A stretch of DNA of 59,490 bases, the filler included, from Dugesia japonica (lineage: Eukaryota): assembly GCA_001938525.1 (NCBI GenBank). It is 4 parts of 4 records of this genome, joined end to end, with 100 filler letters (N's around TTAATTAATTAA, not from the genome) between each part and the next. Parts side by side here need not be neighbours in the genome. Positions count along the whole stretch, not along the records: positions 34,271 to 43,456 come from MQRL01619720.1; positions 43,557 to 59,490 come from MQRL01636845.1; 2 more parts are not named here. One strand, given 5' to 3'. Position 1 is the first letter of the stretch. Each line of letters opens with the position of its first letter. The notes beneath the pieces were generated by a model. That model saw only the letters and a list, made by a program, of their open reading frames with translations. It had not been told where the DNA came from and did no database searches. Shown here one piece after another: positions 39,601-53,600 of the stretch. The translations under genes were made by a program, and so were the position numbers.

Positions 39601-39997
39601 ACGTCATCCATAAATGACGTCACACGATTTTTGATGATTCTTTGCGCTTGTCACGCTTAGTCACAAAAAGTCAGACCCCTCATCTGCATCCCCTACGCCA
39701 TTCCCCTATTTCTAAAAATGAAAATTTAAAGGTTCCAAATAATTATTTGCTACGTTGAAAGACAGAAATAGCGGTGTTCAGCCGAGAGCTGTGTCCAGCC
39801 TAAAAAATGCATCCCTGATGCTCAACAGTGCATTATGTGGCTCAGTTACAGGAATATATTAAAATAGTTAGAATTCAATACTCTCATTTATTTTGATGTG
39901 ATGTCACATATCTTAGACTCCCCTCCCCCTCATCATGCATCGTCAAAAATGTATCACCCCCTCCCCTAATCGTGTGACGTCATTTATGGATAGCCCA
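39601..39997. mobile_element. MITE with TIRs (ATCCATAAATGACGTCACACG / CGTGTGACGTCATTTATGGAT), Harbinger-like
   Basis: Perfect ~21-bp inverted repeats ~390 bp apart; right end GCCC followed by ATTA. Confidence 0.7.
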
Positions 39998-40529
39998 TTA
40001 ATGAGTATTTCAAACTCATCTAACATGGTGGCAGTGGTAAACACCGATGCAATCACGGAAAGATAGTTGCCAAAAATATTTTACAGAGGCGATGATCTAG
40101 AGAAGCTTATTAAACGGGGTGAAATATAAGTCGAGGCAAAGAGCATCGTTATTAAGAAATATCATGTATACTTGATAAATATTTAATGGCAGAAAGCTGA
40201 CGGATATCGTGAGAGATTGAGATTAGCTTTTGAGAGCAGAGAGGCGTAATAAAAGATGAAGATAAGATATAAAAGGTAATTTAATTACTGTCTTTGTTTT
40301 TGGTTTGATTTTATTATTTTCATATAATTTTATTTGAGTAGCCGTTGTACGTATTTATTTTGTAACAATTTGAGAGAAGTCAATTTCATTTCATCATTTG
40401 AATATAGTAACTCAGCTCGAATTCTTTCACCTTTAATTATACCCATTTTCTGGTTGATGGTAGTATTACAGTAAAGTAAAGATTTTATTGGGTAGTGGGT
40501 AGATGTGAACCCTCTCCCCGCCTGTCCCT

Positions 40530-40660
40530 AAAGAAGCTTGGAAAGAATTCCCAATAAAAAAGCTTGTGAAAACACTTGAAATTCCCATTAAATAAGCACC
40601 GAAAAAAATTCCATTAAACAAGCTTGTGAGGACACTGGGAATTGCCATTAAATTAGCTTT
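40530..40660. repeat. Degenerate tandem repeat (aagctt...aattccc.ttaaa, ~27-33 bp units)
   Basis: Repeated aagcttg and aattccc.ttaaa motifs. Confidence 0.6.
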
Positions 40661-43600
40661 TGAATAAAAAGGATATCAAATCCTAAAATTAATGTTCATT
40701 TGACGGATTCAACATCGCTCTTAAAATTATTTTATTGACTATTTATTACGATTGTATAACTGAAATTAAATAGTCATTTAAACTTTGTAAATAGTTCGTT
40801 TTGATATTCTTTAATTGCCTGATGATGACGGTTATTCAGACAAAATTGATTGAAACAAATAAATATTTTATTTTTATGAAAAAGTTGCCAATGTTTATGA
40901 ATTTTTTTAAATACAGATTTATATTAATTTTATAGAAAATTTATTAAAGATTAAACTTTTTTTTAAAGATTTAATGAATTTAATTCAGAAAATGACCAAA
41001 TATACAAGAATGGTTAAATTCAATGATAATTTGAAAAATTTCAATGAAATAATTATAAAAAAACCCAGTGGTATATTTTTGTTTGTTTGTATGTAGCATC
41101 ATTATAATCACATCCATCAATAAAGCTGGACCAAAATATAATACGAACATTATTTGAAATTGGTTATTTATCCATTAATATTTATAAAAATAATTAAAAT
41201 ATACTTTCAACGTCGTTGATTGAAAATGAAATTTTCCGTTACTAATATTTAATGCAAATTTTAATTATTGATCTAAAAATACTAAATAAATTTCTTAAAT
41301 AAATGTTGGAAATCTAGATGGATCAATTCCCATTGAAGGACATAAGAATATAGTTGATATTATAAATGACTTCTTTGAAAGATACAAAGAACATATAGCT
41401 ATTCTAGAGATTACCAATAATGGTTTCATGTCTTGTTAATTTGTATCACTTTTCAGATGCATGTTCAGATTCATAATTAAAGCCGCGTGATATTTCTATT
41501 TTTCATATTTCTATGAATACAAATAAAATAAGAAATAACCTTTCTTGAATAATCGATATATTAATAATGGATTGTATTATAATTATTATTATTGATTATG
41601 ACAATGTGAACTTTTAATTAATAGTACTTTTTATTTATAATATTTTTTAATTTAATTTAATTTAATTACTTTACTATTATTTTATTTTAATGTTAGACTT
41701 GATAATTACTTAACATTTTTCTAATAAAAAAATTCTATAACTATTTGTCTAATTTATTATTATTTTTAGTAAGTCATTTATATCCCTTAGAGCAAAACTT
41801 TATGAATTATTATTTATGTGGGCATATCCGTTTAGATAAACTGCGTAATAAAACTGAAAATGTTTTATAAATCGCATATTTTAAAATTCGCATTTTTTGT
41901 GACAAATAACACTGACGTCTAGTAATTAAATATTTTTATCCATTCTTTATGAATTTATAAAAAACTATATTATTTTAAAGAGTAATAGATTTTTAGACTT
42001 ACCTTCTACCTAATTTACAATTTTAAATTTAGAAATTAAATAAATTAAATAACCGATTATCTATATGGTTGCGATCCATGTTGCATTTTAAAATAAAGAT
42101 TTAAATGTTATAACAATGGATTTTACGAATTTCTTGGGAGAAATATAAGTAAAAGACCCGAGTAATATAATTGTTTTATTCATACAACACTTAAGAAAAC
42201 TCCAACTCTCCACTGACTCATTCTATTAAGTTTTATTATTTTTTCAAAATGTTTGCATATTTTCGATAAAGATGTATAATATATTATTTCTATATATATT
42301 ATTTAAATTATATATATTATTTATCTATATATATATATATTATTTATGTCAATAATTTTCAGTCACTTTTTAGCCAACTCTCTTGGCAACAACTGTCAAA
42401 CATTTACTGACCTTCCTAATAAAATTGTCTAAAAATTTACCCCTCCCCCACAAATTAACAATATTTTAACTAATATTTTTTATTAATTCAAGTTATTGCA
42501 AAAAAATTTGTTGACTGTAAAAATTCTTCAAATCACCTCGCTCAAATTTTGTTGAGATAATTAATGGACGGCCTCATTGTTATCATTATTTCTTTAATAT
42601 TTTTATAATTCATACTAAATTCGAACTTGTAATTTATTCAACTACTGTGATCAAAATTTCAAGTATAGTAAAAATAATCCAAATAACACGTTTAGTATTA
42701 CCATTGGATTCTAAACTTTTGTGAAAATCTTCTCATTTCATAAAAAATTAAATGTATAATGGAGTAAAATCTTAAAAATTTAAATCTATTTCCCTTTAAA
42801 AATAGTTTCTTACGAAATATTTAAATGAATTGAACAATTTTAAATAGTTTAGATATAAATGAATTAAATTACAATCTAAATAACTATTAAGTGAACATAA
42901 ACACGTTCAAACATTTTATTTTAAAATAATTTTAATTTAATTTATAATTTTAATTTAAATATATTAAGTAAAAATTTACTTGTATTAAGGTTTAACATCC
43001 AAAATACTATTAAAAATTTTATTTCCATAAGCATTGTAAATTCACAATAATATTTAAACTTTCAAATTTTAGATGCAATTGGTTTAATCTGATTGGTTTT
43101 ATAAACAAGCCAATAAAAAGCAACAAAAAATTCAAAGCATTTCCCCTTTAAATTCTATTATCTTAACTAACTGTAAAAAGCCACTAATAAAAACTGAATA
43201 ATAATTACTGTTTAAAGTTTGAAAAATCTAAAAAGAATTTTATTTTCTGATCTATCTGTTATTAAATAAAAAAACATTAGACCAATTACAAAAAGTAATA
43301 TTTTTTAGTGATTCTGAATTTTTTTTGTTTAGTCTAAAGTTTCAGAAATATTTTATTTGAAATCAGTAATTGTTTTTACAAATCTGAAATACAAATTTTA
43401 AGTCGAAGTAAAAACAACACTCTAAAGAACAAGGCTAAATATTTATGATTCGTGTTNNNNNNNNNNNNNNNNNNNNNNNNNNNNNNNNNNNNNNNNNNNN
43501 TTAATTAATTAANNNNNNNNNNNNNNNNNNNNNNNNNNNNNNNNNNNNNNNNNNNNAAACTTTACAAAATATGAATTCAAAATGATTACACAATCGGGTA

Positions 43601-44327
43601 AATAATTGGTTACATTTTTGATGACTAAATTGCGTACAATATTACCATCAAAATTCGGCAAAACATTTAATTCTAAATATCTTTTGCGTAGTCGTAACAA
43701 CCAATAAAAATGCTTCAATTTTTAAAACAATTTGTGGGGTAGGAGTGTTCTGATGCGCTTCTATCAATCTACTATGGAAGAATATGATCCGAACGGAGAG
43801 CGTAAATCTAAAGTAAGAAGATCAATTGAAAAAAAAAACAGCATGTTACATAACACTTTACAACGAAAATAGAAGAATTCAATTAATTCCCGAAAAAATC
43901 TATAAAAAAACAACCTAGCACTAAATTTGATTGAATATTGTACGCATATTAATAGAGTGTGAGTGAATAAATGGATACTGTTTATTTAATTAATTTTTTT
44001 TATATCCATCCACTTAAGTATAGATTTTCAGAACCGATTATTTACGAAAGTCGAGGTCTGTCTATATAAAAATAATTTTTCTTTATTTATACATTTCAAT
44101 TTTATATTTCAATATATTATACATAATTTTTTCAATATAAAATTTATCAAAAAAACCATTTATTAAAATTATATTAATAAACCTTTTATAAATAAAAGTA
44201 AGCTTACAGGAATGATTAACCAGAATAAAAATGAATAAAAAAATAAATATTCCATAAAACTATTTCAGATACAATGAAAACCGTAAAAAAAGATTTTCAA
44301 AATAGTTTAGTTTTAAAAAGTTTAGTG

Positions 44328-44693
44328 TTAAATCTTTGCTTTTAAACGTTTAATTACAAGATATGATTTTAAAGGGAATACAACTTTTCCATCAAATAGA
44401 ACTGGTTTACTTTCATGAACAAGACTCACACCTAATGCAGGAGCATTGTATTTCTTATGAATAATTTCTAATGATATTCCAATTTTAGCATCCACGATCA
44501 CTTTAATTTTTGAATCAAAATAATTCAGGCAAGACAACTGAATCGATGAAACTGGCTTGATCAGTTGTGGTTTAATGTATAAACCAGTTTTACGAATTCT
44601 TAACCCTAGTATTCCATAAAGGACACTATCTACATAACTAGAAGCTGATGGAAGATATGAACCGCTCCATAAATTACTGTCATTAGACCAAAT
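44328..44693 (-). CDS. PGGHG: PGGHG-like last exon
   Basis: Follows a 49-nt intron; ctttag|ATT TGG; IWSNDSNLWSGSYLPSASSYVDSVLYGILGLRI...KAKI*. Confidence 0.85.
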   Translation of the reverse strand: MWSNDSNLWSGSYLPSASSYVDSVLYGILGLRIRKTGLYIKPQLIKPVSSIQLSCLNYFDSKIKVIVDAKIGISLEIIHKKYNAPALGVSLVHESKPVLFDGKVVFPLKSYLVIKRLKAKI

Positions 44694-47600
44694 CTAAAGA
44701 ATCAATCATTATATAAATCTCTACTAAGTGGTATTTTCTAACTTTGAATGTATTATTTGAAAATTTTAAGAGTTGTTTCCAAAGTTTGAATGTGACATCG
44801 AATCTCTCTGCTTCAATGTTACCAATTAACAAAGTCGACAATGCCATAGGACTTGGGTTGTTAATTATTCGCTGTGACAAAAAATTTTTAAACAATGTAT
44901 GCCAATAGCACAAATATATTAATTTTAAAATGATTTAATTATCTACAACCGTGTCGGGCAACGTATATGTCTCAAAAAATTAAGAAAAATATATAAAATT
45001 GCTAAGGATTTTCCGTTTTTTAATAGGTAAATAAAATTTAGAAAAAAACGATTTTTTTAAAAATTAAATTTTTTGGGGAATTTTCATCAATATTGAGTCT
45101 CTTATAAGCCTTATTTGTGCTGATAAACCATCTTAGTGTTCTCACTGATCAAAAATAGTTATTTCATGTTCTTTATAACATATTTCTTTATTAAATTATT
45201 TATCACGTTTTAGAAATTATCAGGTTTTATTTTATGGTTGTATCTCGGAAAACTTTTTCGTGGTTTGGTGTGATGCGATACGAAAAACGGAATTCGCCCG
45301 AAACGGAATTAAAATAAAGACTTGATTAATTGAAAATTAAATTAAGCATTCTAACTGGGAAAGTTTTTATTAATTTTCTTTAAAAACTAAAATTAACTGG
45401 GTACAAATGAGTAATCTATGCGACAATATGAAATCAAGGTAAAGTGTAAACAATTAAACGAAATTTCATCAAAAAAGTCATCGAAAATAGTAAACTTATC
45501 ACATAGGTATCGTCAGTGATGATTCATCACACTTGTGATTTAACGCTTTAAAATATAAATCAATCAAACTGCTTTGAATGTAAATATTAGAGAAGCGGTT
45601 TACAAACTTTTCAAATCTGGAAACATTTAGCAAAAATAATAATTCTGGAGGAACACTTTTTTATATAGGGGATAAAATTTTATTTTTATTAATTAATTGG
45701 TATTTAGTTTTCTTTATTCGGAAGTCTTTTCTATCTTCAACGGAACACTCATGTTCCGGAGAATATCGTTTTGAAACCGGTTTGTTAGAGAATATCTAAA
45801 ATTAAAAATTTATTTTCAATTGAATATTCAATCAAATTCAAACATAAACTTCGCTAATTTANNNNNNNNNNNNNNNNNNNNNNNNNNNNNNNNNNNNNNN
45901 NNNNNNNNNNNATGAGCTGTGTACATTTTATTGAAACAATTAAACAGCTTTTGGGCTTCAAAAAATATCTTAAAGAAACCATTCTGAATAGAACGAATGG
46001 TTAAGTATTCTTAAAGTCATTTTTAAAATCAATTATATTAAGTTTGGATTGCATAACTCTGACAGAACTTCCACACCAAGGTGATCAAATGTTACAAGTA
46101 GATTTCTTTCTCTGTTAATAAGAAAATTTCGTGAACTTTATTATTCAAATTAAAGTTTTTAGCATGTGGTCATTCTATTGAAAATATTATGTATAATTTA
46201 TTATTGTAAATTTAAATTCTAAAAACAATGACTAAAAAGTATAAGTTACATAGCAGGTCTTAAAAATTACGAGCTTATTCTAAGAATAAATTTCAGGAAA
46301 AAAAAACTTTTTAAAAATTTTAATAATAAAATTCAAGAAATTTTTATTTTAATAGAGAAAGAAACTCACTTCTTACAATGGTCAGCAAATATGTGATCGC
46401 CTTGATATGGAAATTCCTTGAGAGTTTTAAAATAAATACTTCCTATAAATGATTTTTACAAGCGACCTTAAGATTACTTTATGCATTTTCTAGAAAAAGG
46501 TAATATGGAAATGTTAAATGATTTCTGATAAATCTTAAGTGTGATATGGTAAATTTTTGAGTAATAGAAATTGTGCGCCAATTTTTAGCCTTGGCTTTGA
46601 TAAAAATAAAATTCGACCATCTGTGGAGCAAAGACAATTTTTCATAAACCACTTGTTTATTTATGGTTTAATTTATAATTGCGACAGAAGAAAAAGACTT
46701 TCATGAAATGATTATACTAAAACTAATGTTGTTAAGTAAAAGATTTGCAAATAAAATGTGATTGATATATTTAAATACTTGAATTAATACTAAAGTAAAT
46801 AACGATAAAAAAAGATCAATTCTGAGTTTGTTTCTAAAAGTTTTATCGCAACATTAAAATCCTTAACAAATACATAAAAACTAATAAATTTTTTCAACGA
46901 AAATTCACAATGACTATGATAAAATTTAATAACATACTTTTTCATAAACTTCCACATTTCGAACACCAGAATCAAAATCTACCAATGAATCTAATGGGTG
47001 TCTCAACATGACTCCTTCTGGGTAATCGATTTTGTCTTCCGTAATTTTAAAATTTTCATAAGGTGGGTTGAAATTATTCATTTTGTCAAATGGAATTTCG
47101 ATTGAATCAGAAATATTCTGCAGATTGTGCATATATGAAGACAAATGTTCTGAAAATTTAACGTCCAAATAATGAAATAAAACTGGTAGAGTCTTTAAAA
47201 CTTCTTTTAAAAGGCCGATATTAAATACCGATTTTTTTACATTGGAAAGTAAATTACTCGGACCAACAGAACCTAAATTTCAAAATTAACAGAAATGTAA
47301 AACGTAACAATGTAAAAATACTGCATAATAATCAATTTTAATAGACTTTACACACCGTTTTATTGATAATATTATAATTATAAAAAGTCCAAAAAAAAAT
47401 TACAAAAATTTTCTCAGTGAAATATGAGGTTGGCAACTGAGCAATTTGCACATATTTTATAAGGAAAATAACTTATTACAAAAACTTTTCCAAAAAACGT
47501 TTTATATTTTTTTCAAATTTTTGAATTTATCTTCTTCAGGATTTGTCTTCTTCACAATTTCTGAAGAAGATAAATTCGAAAATTTGAAAAAAATAAAAAA

Positions 47601-50600
47601 CGTTTTTTGGAAAAGATTTTGTTATTTTAATAAAAATTTTAAAAAGAAACATTTTTTTGAAACTTTTTTTTATCTACGTCTTAGTTTATTTTCGTAATTT
47701 TGAAAATATTTAATTTTTTTTGTTTTATTATAAGGTTAAAGTTTGGTGATTTTTAACTATAAATATTCTTGACGCCTTAGTTTATTTTACAATTGCAATT
47801 ATTGCGAGAATAATTGTTGGACTTAACCATGAAGAAATACTAATCAAAGAAAGTATTATATTATAAACCTTGAATAAATTATAAAGTAAAATCCTGACGA
47901 AGACAAGGTCGAAATATCGATTTGTTATCCAATATCAATAATTAAAACCTAAATTTTGATCTAAGCTTTTATATTAAATGAAGCCTTAGTTTATTTTCAT
48001 AATTTTGAAAATATTTAATTTTTTTATTTCACAGATCAATAGTTAAAAATTTTTAAAAAGTGAATAATTACACAAAGTGTAATTTTCACAATAAACAAAA
48101 TAATAAAACCAAATTTGAAAAGTAAACAAGTAAGCAGTAAAGGGTTCCAATACGAGCGCTCTTAAATTCCTGTATATATTAGTTGTTCTCTGCAATATTA
48201 ATGTTAGATGTTACATCGAGAAATATTTAAAATTTGAAAAATTTGCAATCGTTGGTAAAACTAAATTTAAACAAATTTTATTAACAATTCTAATACATTT
48301 CATTTACAATTTAATTATAATAATTTTTAACAGAATAATGCTTATTAAGCTTGTTGAGTCATTTATTATTCTCAAAGGGAACTTTATTTTATAAGATAAA
48401 CTTATTTTCCAAGCAAAACTATTTATTTTTCAAACTAAAATTTTTACTTTCCATGTAAATATTATAAACAACCTTCTAATTAACCATTTTAATAATCATA
48501 ATATCAAGTTAAAAAAAAAGATGTGTATATTAAATTGTTGGACATAGTGGTAGTGGGAAAACTCTGTTTGTGTGTAAATTATTGAAATCAAAATTCAACA
48601 AAATCTATTGACACAGAGGAGTACATAAAAAGCATGGATTGGCCCAATCAGAGTTCTCTATGGAAAGCAACAAATATTCAAAGAGCGAGACAAAAAGATG
48701 GTTATCGAACCATCTAGCTTACAGTTTGAACAAGCCAATGTTGAAAATATTTCCAACAATAACGTATAAAACCTTTGGTATTGATGATTTATAGAAAATA
48801 GATTTGATGAAAATGAAAACTTATTCGAGAATTAATAAAAACTGCAAGTATATTTTAAAATGTATCGATGTATAATATACATTGTATATAGTAGATTTTC
48901 AAAACCTGTAGCTAAAAAATCCAAATATGCTAATGAAATGAAATCCGAAATCAAGACAATGTTAAATAATGGTTATCCAAATAATTTATAAACTGATTTA
49001 GGTAAAGAATTTAACAATTAAAAAGACAAAAATATAATTAATCATCTCAAGATAAACAATTATTCTGTATTTTCACAATAAAAAGCAGTATATGTTGAAA
49101 GATTTAATTGTACAATCAGAGATGGATGAAAATTTACTTTGTAAATAACAGAAATAAAAACTGGATACACGTATTAATGAAAATAATTTATGGTTATACG
49201 AGTACAAGTCATAAATTATTAGATGTAACAAGACCCGTTGATGTATCATCTGAAAATTCAATGAATGGTTATTGAGATAAAAATCAAAGAAAATTAAGAA
49301 ACCTAAATATTAAGTTGGTGATCATGTTAGAATATCAAGGATGTCAATATCATTGTTGGAAAGTTCAATAAACAAGAATTATAATAATTCCACCACCAAC
49401 AATATTTAGAATAGACAAGATTATTAAGTCAAAGGTAACTAAGAAATAAAAACAATTATAAGTAAAATGGCATGGATACGAAAAACTTACTTGGATATTA
49501 GCATCACAATTAGTTAACAAATGAACACAACGAATAATTTCTATACACCTTAATCTAGTTGTTCAAGTATTCATCCAAATAATAAAAGATTCATTGTCAA
49601 ACTTGAAATTCCTATTTATTTAGAAGTACAATGGGAAGTAGCCTTGTTGGATTATACTTTTCTATAAATTACATTTCAAACCTATACCAAATCAATGATT
49701 GAACATATATGAGGATCATTAAAATGATGGAAATAGTTATTGCAATTGATGTTGCTGTTGATTTATTTAATAATAGAAGAAGGCCATAATGAAACATCAC
49801 GAATATGATTTCATATTCTAAATATTAAACATGTAAAAAGATTTGCCTTTTATAATTTTAGTAATGATATTTCAAATACAAATATTATTCCGTTTTAGGC
49901 TTTAAAAATGATAGATCGATGGAAACAATGAAAGTAAAATCGAAGTCTTCAATAAAAACTACTAATGCATATTTTAAAATTTTCGATGCATTTAGTAGAT
50001 TTGCAAAAGCTGTAGCTAAAAATCAAAATCTGCCAATGAAATGGAATTCGTAATGAATAAAATGTTAAAAAATGGTTATCCAGATAATTTACAAACAATT
50101 TCAAGATGAATTATACGTGACATATTTGCAACAGCACAAATAATTGTTTTGGTTTATTCAAAAAAGATAAGATAAAATAAACAAAATGAGCTTTGAACAT
50201 AAAATGAAGAAAAATCAATAAAAACTTACTAAATTCATTTTTATTAAAGACAGAAAGCCAATACGTGTTTATTTCTTTCAATAATTTTATTCCAGTATTC
50301 GAGGCGAACATGTATTTATCACCCGTTATCATTAAATAATGCTTCAATGCCAATGCAATCATACCTGTTGGAAAATGTATATTTCTGCATAAGTCCTGAG
50401 AACATAATTCTTCTCCTTAAATGATAATAACAATAAACAAAATTATTATGATGATATATTTTATGCATAATTTTTCGAAAAAATTACATTACTTATTATC
50501 CTTTCCAAATGAACTTGTTTTTTAATTATTTTAATAATAGTATATAAACTTGACAAAGATCAAATGTTGGAAAATATGTTAAATGATGATAAAATTTGAA

Positions 50601-53600
50601 ATAATAGTAAAGTAAATTTGAGAAATAGATTTTAGATTTTGTATTATCATATTTAAAACATTATATCATTGAATATATAAATATAAAACAATTTAAATAA
50701 CTGCTTTTAGTAAGTGGAATTATTGGTGATGATAAAAAATATTATAATCTTGAGTTAACAACACGTATTAATAAACAATGCTAAACATGCTAATTTAATT
50801 TGAAGTAAACAGGAAAATTTTTTATACTAGATAATTTGAGTGCAGGTCGGACAGTATGAAATGTCCTATGGATATCTACTAGCAGAGTTTCAAAGACTGG
50901 GTTATTACATGAGGTTTTTAACAACCAAAATCCACCGATAGTAATGCATTAAAAATTTGCTAGCTGATATAGAGTTTCCCTTTGATAAACTTAATATTAA
51001 TATAGTATATATATAAAAAAAAGATAATGAATTTAACTATTAAAATTGATGTATGAGGTACAGATTGGTGCTCAAATCCTGTCAATGATAAATCAATACT
51101 GATAGTTCCATACAATGAATAAGATAGAATACATTTAAGACCAAGTGAAAGGAATTAAATGATTAGCACTTATAATGAGCTTCTGGGATTGAGTTGATAA
51201 TCTATTTTTTGTTCTGGAAATACGTAAGGTTATCTTTAACCAAGCACCTGTCACTATCAAACAACACTAGCTAGTTAGTCTAGTACGAACCCAAGGGGAC
51301 TTAACTTCCAAGATAGGAAAACAGGTAATAGGACCATTACACTGATGATTCTTGAACTCTCGATTAGCGATGTTGATGTTCCGGGAAAAGAAACTTAAGG
51401 AAGAGTAGATGAAGATTTTGTAGGCATTAAGCTTTTTACCAAGATAGGCGAATATAATTTTGTATCTTTTAGATTCACGATGATTGATTTGAAAATGAAG
51501 ACCAGCATTTGTTAAGAATCCTTGCCAATGTACTAAGGTACTGGTGGGTGTTGAGAAAGACAATCTTTGGTATTGGTTATCCAGCGATGATGATGCTAAG
51601 ATTTCTAATACCATGTGATGTTTTCTAACCGCATTTAGCAGGATTAAACTCCAGGCCGCTTTACAGTGACAAGTAATTTGCGGTATCAACTATTATTCAG
51701 GTTTAGTATTATTTTTGGTAATCATAACAATATCGTCAGCGTAGGCCAACATGAAAGTCCGACAAGATGAGATTGATGTTTTGGCATTATCTAGGTTACA
51801 ACATTTATTGAGAATAAGATTTCGCCAGGTGTTGAAAAGCAAAATAGATAACGGACAGTCTTGATTAGTCTTGAGGAATAATTTGCAACGTTTGCAGTCC
51901 AATTTAAATTGTTTTATTTATTAGGTTGGTGCAAAAGTAATGCAAATTTTAAAAGTCAACAAAATTTATTTAAAAAATAAACGATAACAATTCATTCGGA
52001 AGTATACCCTCCACCAGCATTTATGACAGCTTGTCATCTTTTACGAAGCTCACGGATTCCCTTGTCAAAGAACTCAGACTTATTTAATGCAAAATAGTCG
52101 ACCACCCATTTTTCTACTTCAATTTTATTTTTGAAATTTTTCTCCAAGACAAGTTGCTTCATCGAACGAAATAAATAATAATCGGAAGGTAGCAAGGTCA
52201 GGGCTGTAGGACGGATGAGGTAGTATTTCCCACCCCGAATTCTCAATTTTTTCATGGATGATTTTCGAGATATGTGGTCTTACATTATCATGAAGAAATT
52301 TTATGGTGGTTGAATTGATTCCTTTGTTTTGATAAGTTTGGTAAACTCTTGTCAATTTTTTCAGCATAAAGATTGGCATTCACTCTTTCGCCTTATTTCG
52401 GCACTTTAAAATGGACCCATCCTCGAGAATTCTACCACAAACAGAGTATCATTATTTTTCCGTCAATCGGAGCTTTGGGGACTCTTACAGCAGCCTGATT
52501 TACGGCCAACCATTGTCTTTTGGTATGAGAATTATTGAAAGAGATCCAAGTCTCATCTGACGTAAGAATTGATTCCCAGAAACCGGAATCTTTTGACATT
52601 TTCAGTAGAATTGAGCTTATAATTACCCTGGCAGGTTTATTGATATACGTCAAAGCATGTGGAATCCCTCTCCCACAAAGATTCTATTTTACAAGAATAT
52701 GCAAATGTCTTGGTATTGTGGTATGGTCATGTTTGAATATTTCTGCCATTCTTCATCCCGTCAATGTTCAAATATTCATCCCCTTCATTAAACCTTTTAA
52801 ACCATCTTATACATTGCGATTAGCTTATGACACCATCACCGTAAGCTTTGCAAACATATGCATGGGAAACCTTTGCTTTTTTGCCAAGCTTGAAATCATA
52901 TAAAAGAGATGCACGAATTTTGATTTTTCGATCCAATATATGTAAATTCAAATTTATATAAAGATTAATATATATATTTAACGATCAATATAAGGATTAA
53001 GATTAGTAAAGACTGATACTACATAATTTTATCAAAAAGAAATTGCTTTTCCTAAAGAAACACTGCTGACCATATAAAATAAACCTGATTGTATTATTTA
53101 TGCACCAACCAAATAGATAAATATTAATAAAATATAATATAATTTAATTTATTATAATATCCATAATATAATTTTCAAATTACATTTATTTTTAGATAGT
53201 TCTGTGGCTAACTAATTCTATACCAAATATGATTTTTAAGAATACTTTCGGTCTGTAAATAAAATATTTATATTTTTAGAAATTTTTTTCTACATAATAC
53301 TGAAATAAATTTTAAGTAGTATATTTTTTGATATTATGTCAAGTTAAAAGATTGCTAATGTAAAGAAAAGCCTTGGGTGAAACGAAATGAAATTTTGGCA
53401 ACTGGGAATTTTAATGCGTAGATTAATATTAATATTAAATATTTTAAAAAAACCATTATATTTTATGGTTCAAAAAAGTATGATTAAATTTATTTACTTA
53501 TTTTAAATAAGATTAATCAGCTTATATTCTGCTAAATGTATAATTATAATTTTTATTGGGTTTCGAGTGAATGTCTAAATTTGTGGTAATGGAAAGATGT

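Noticed and set aside
40818-40860. CTGATGA hammerhead-like box
   Set aside because: Stem II does not pair and no properly placed GAAA follows.
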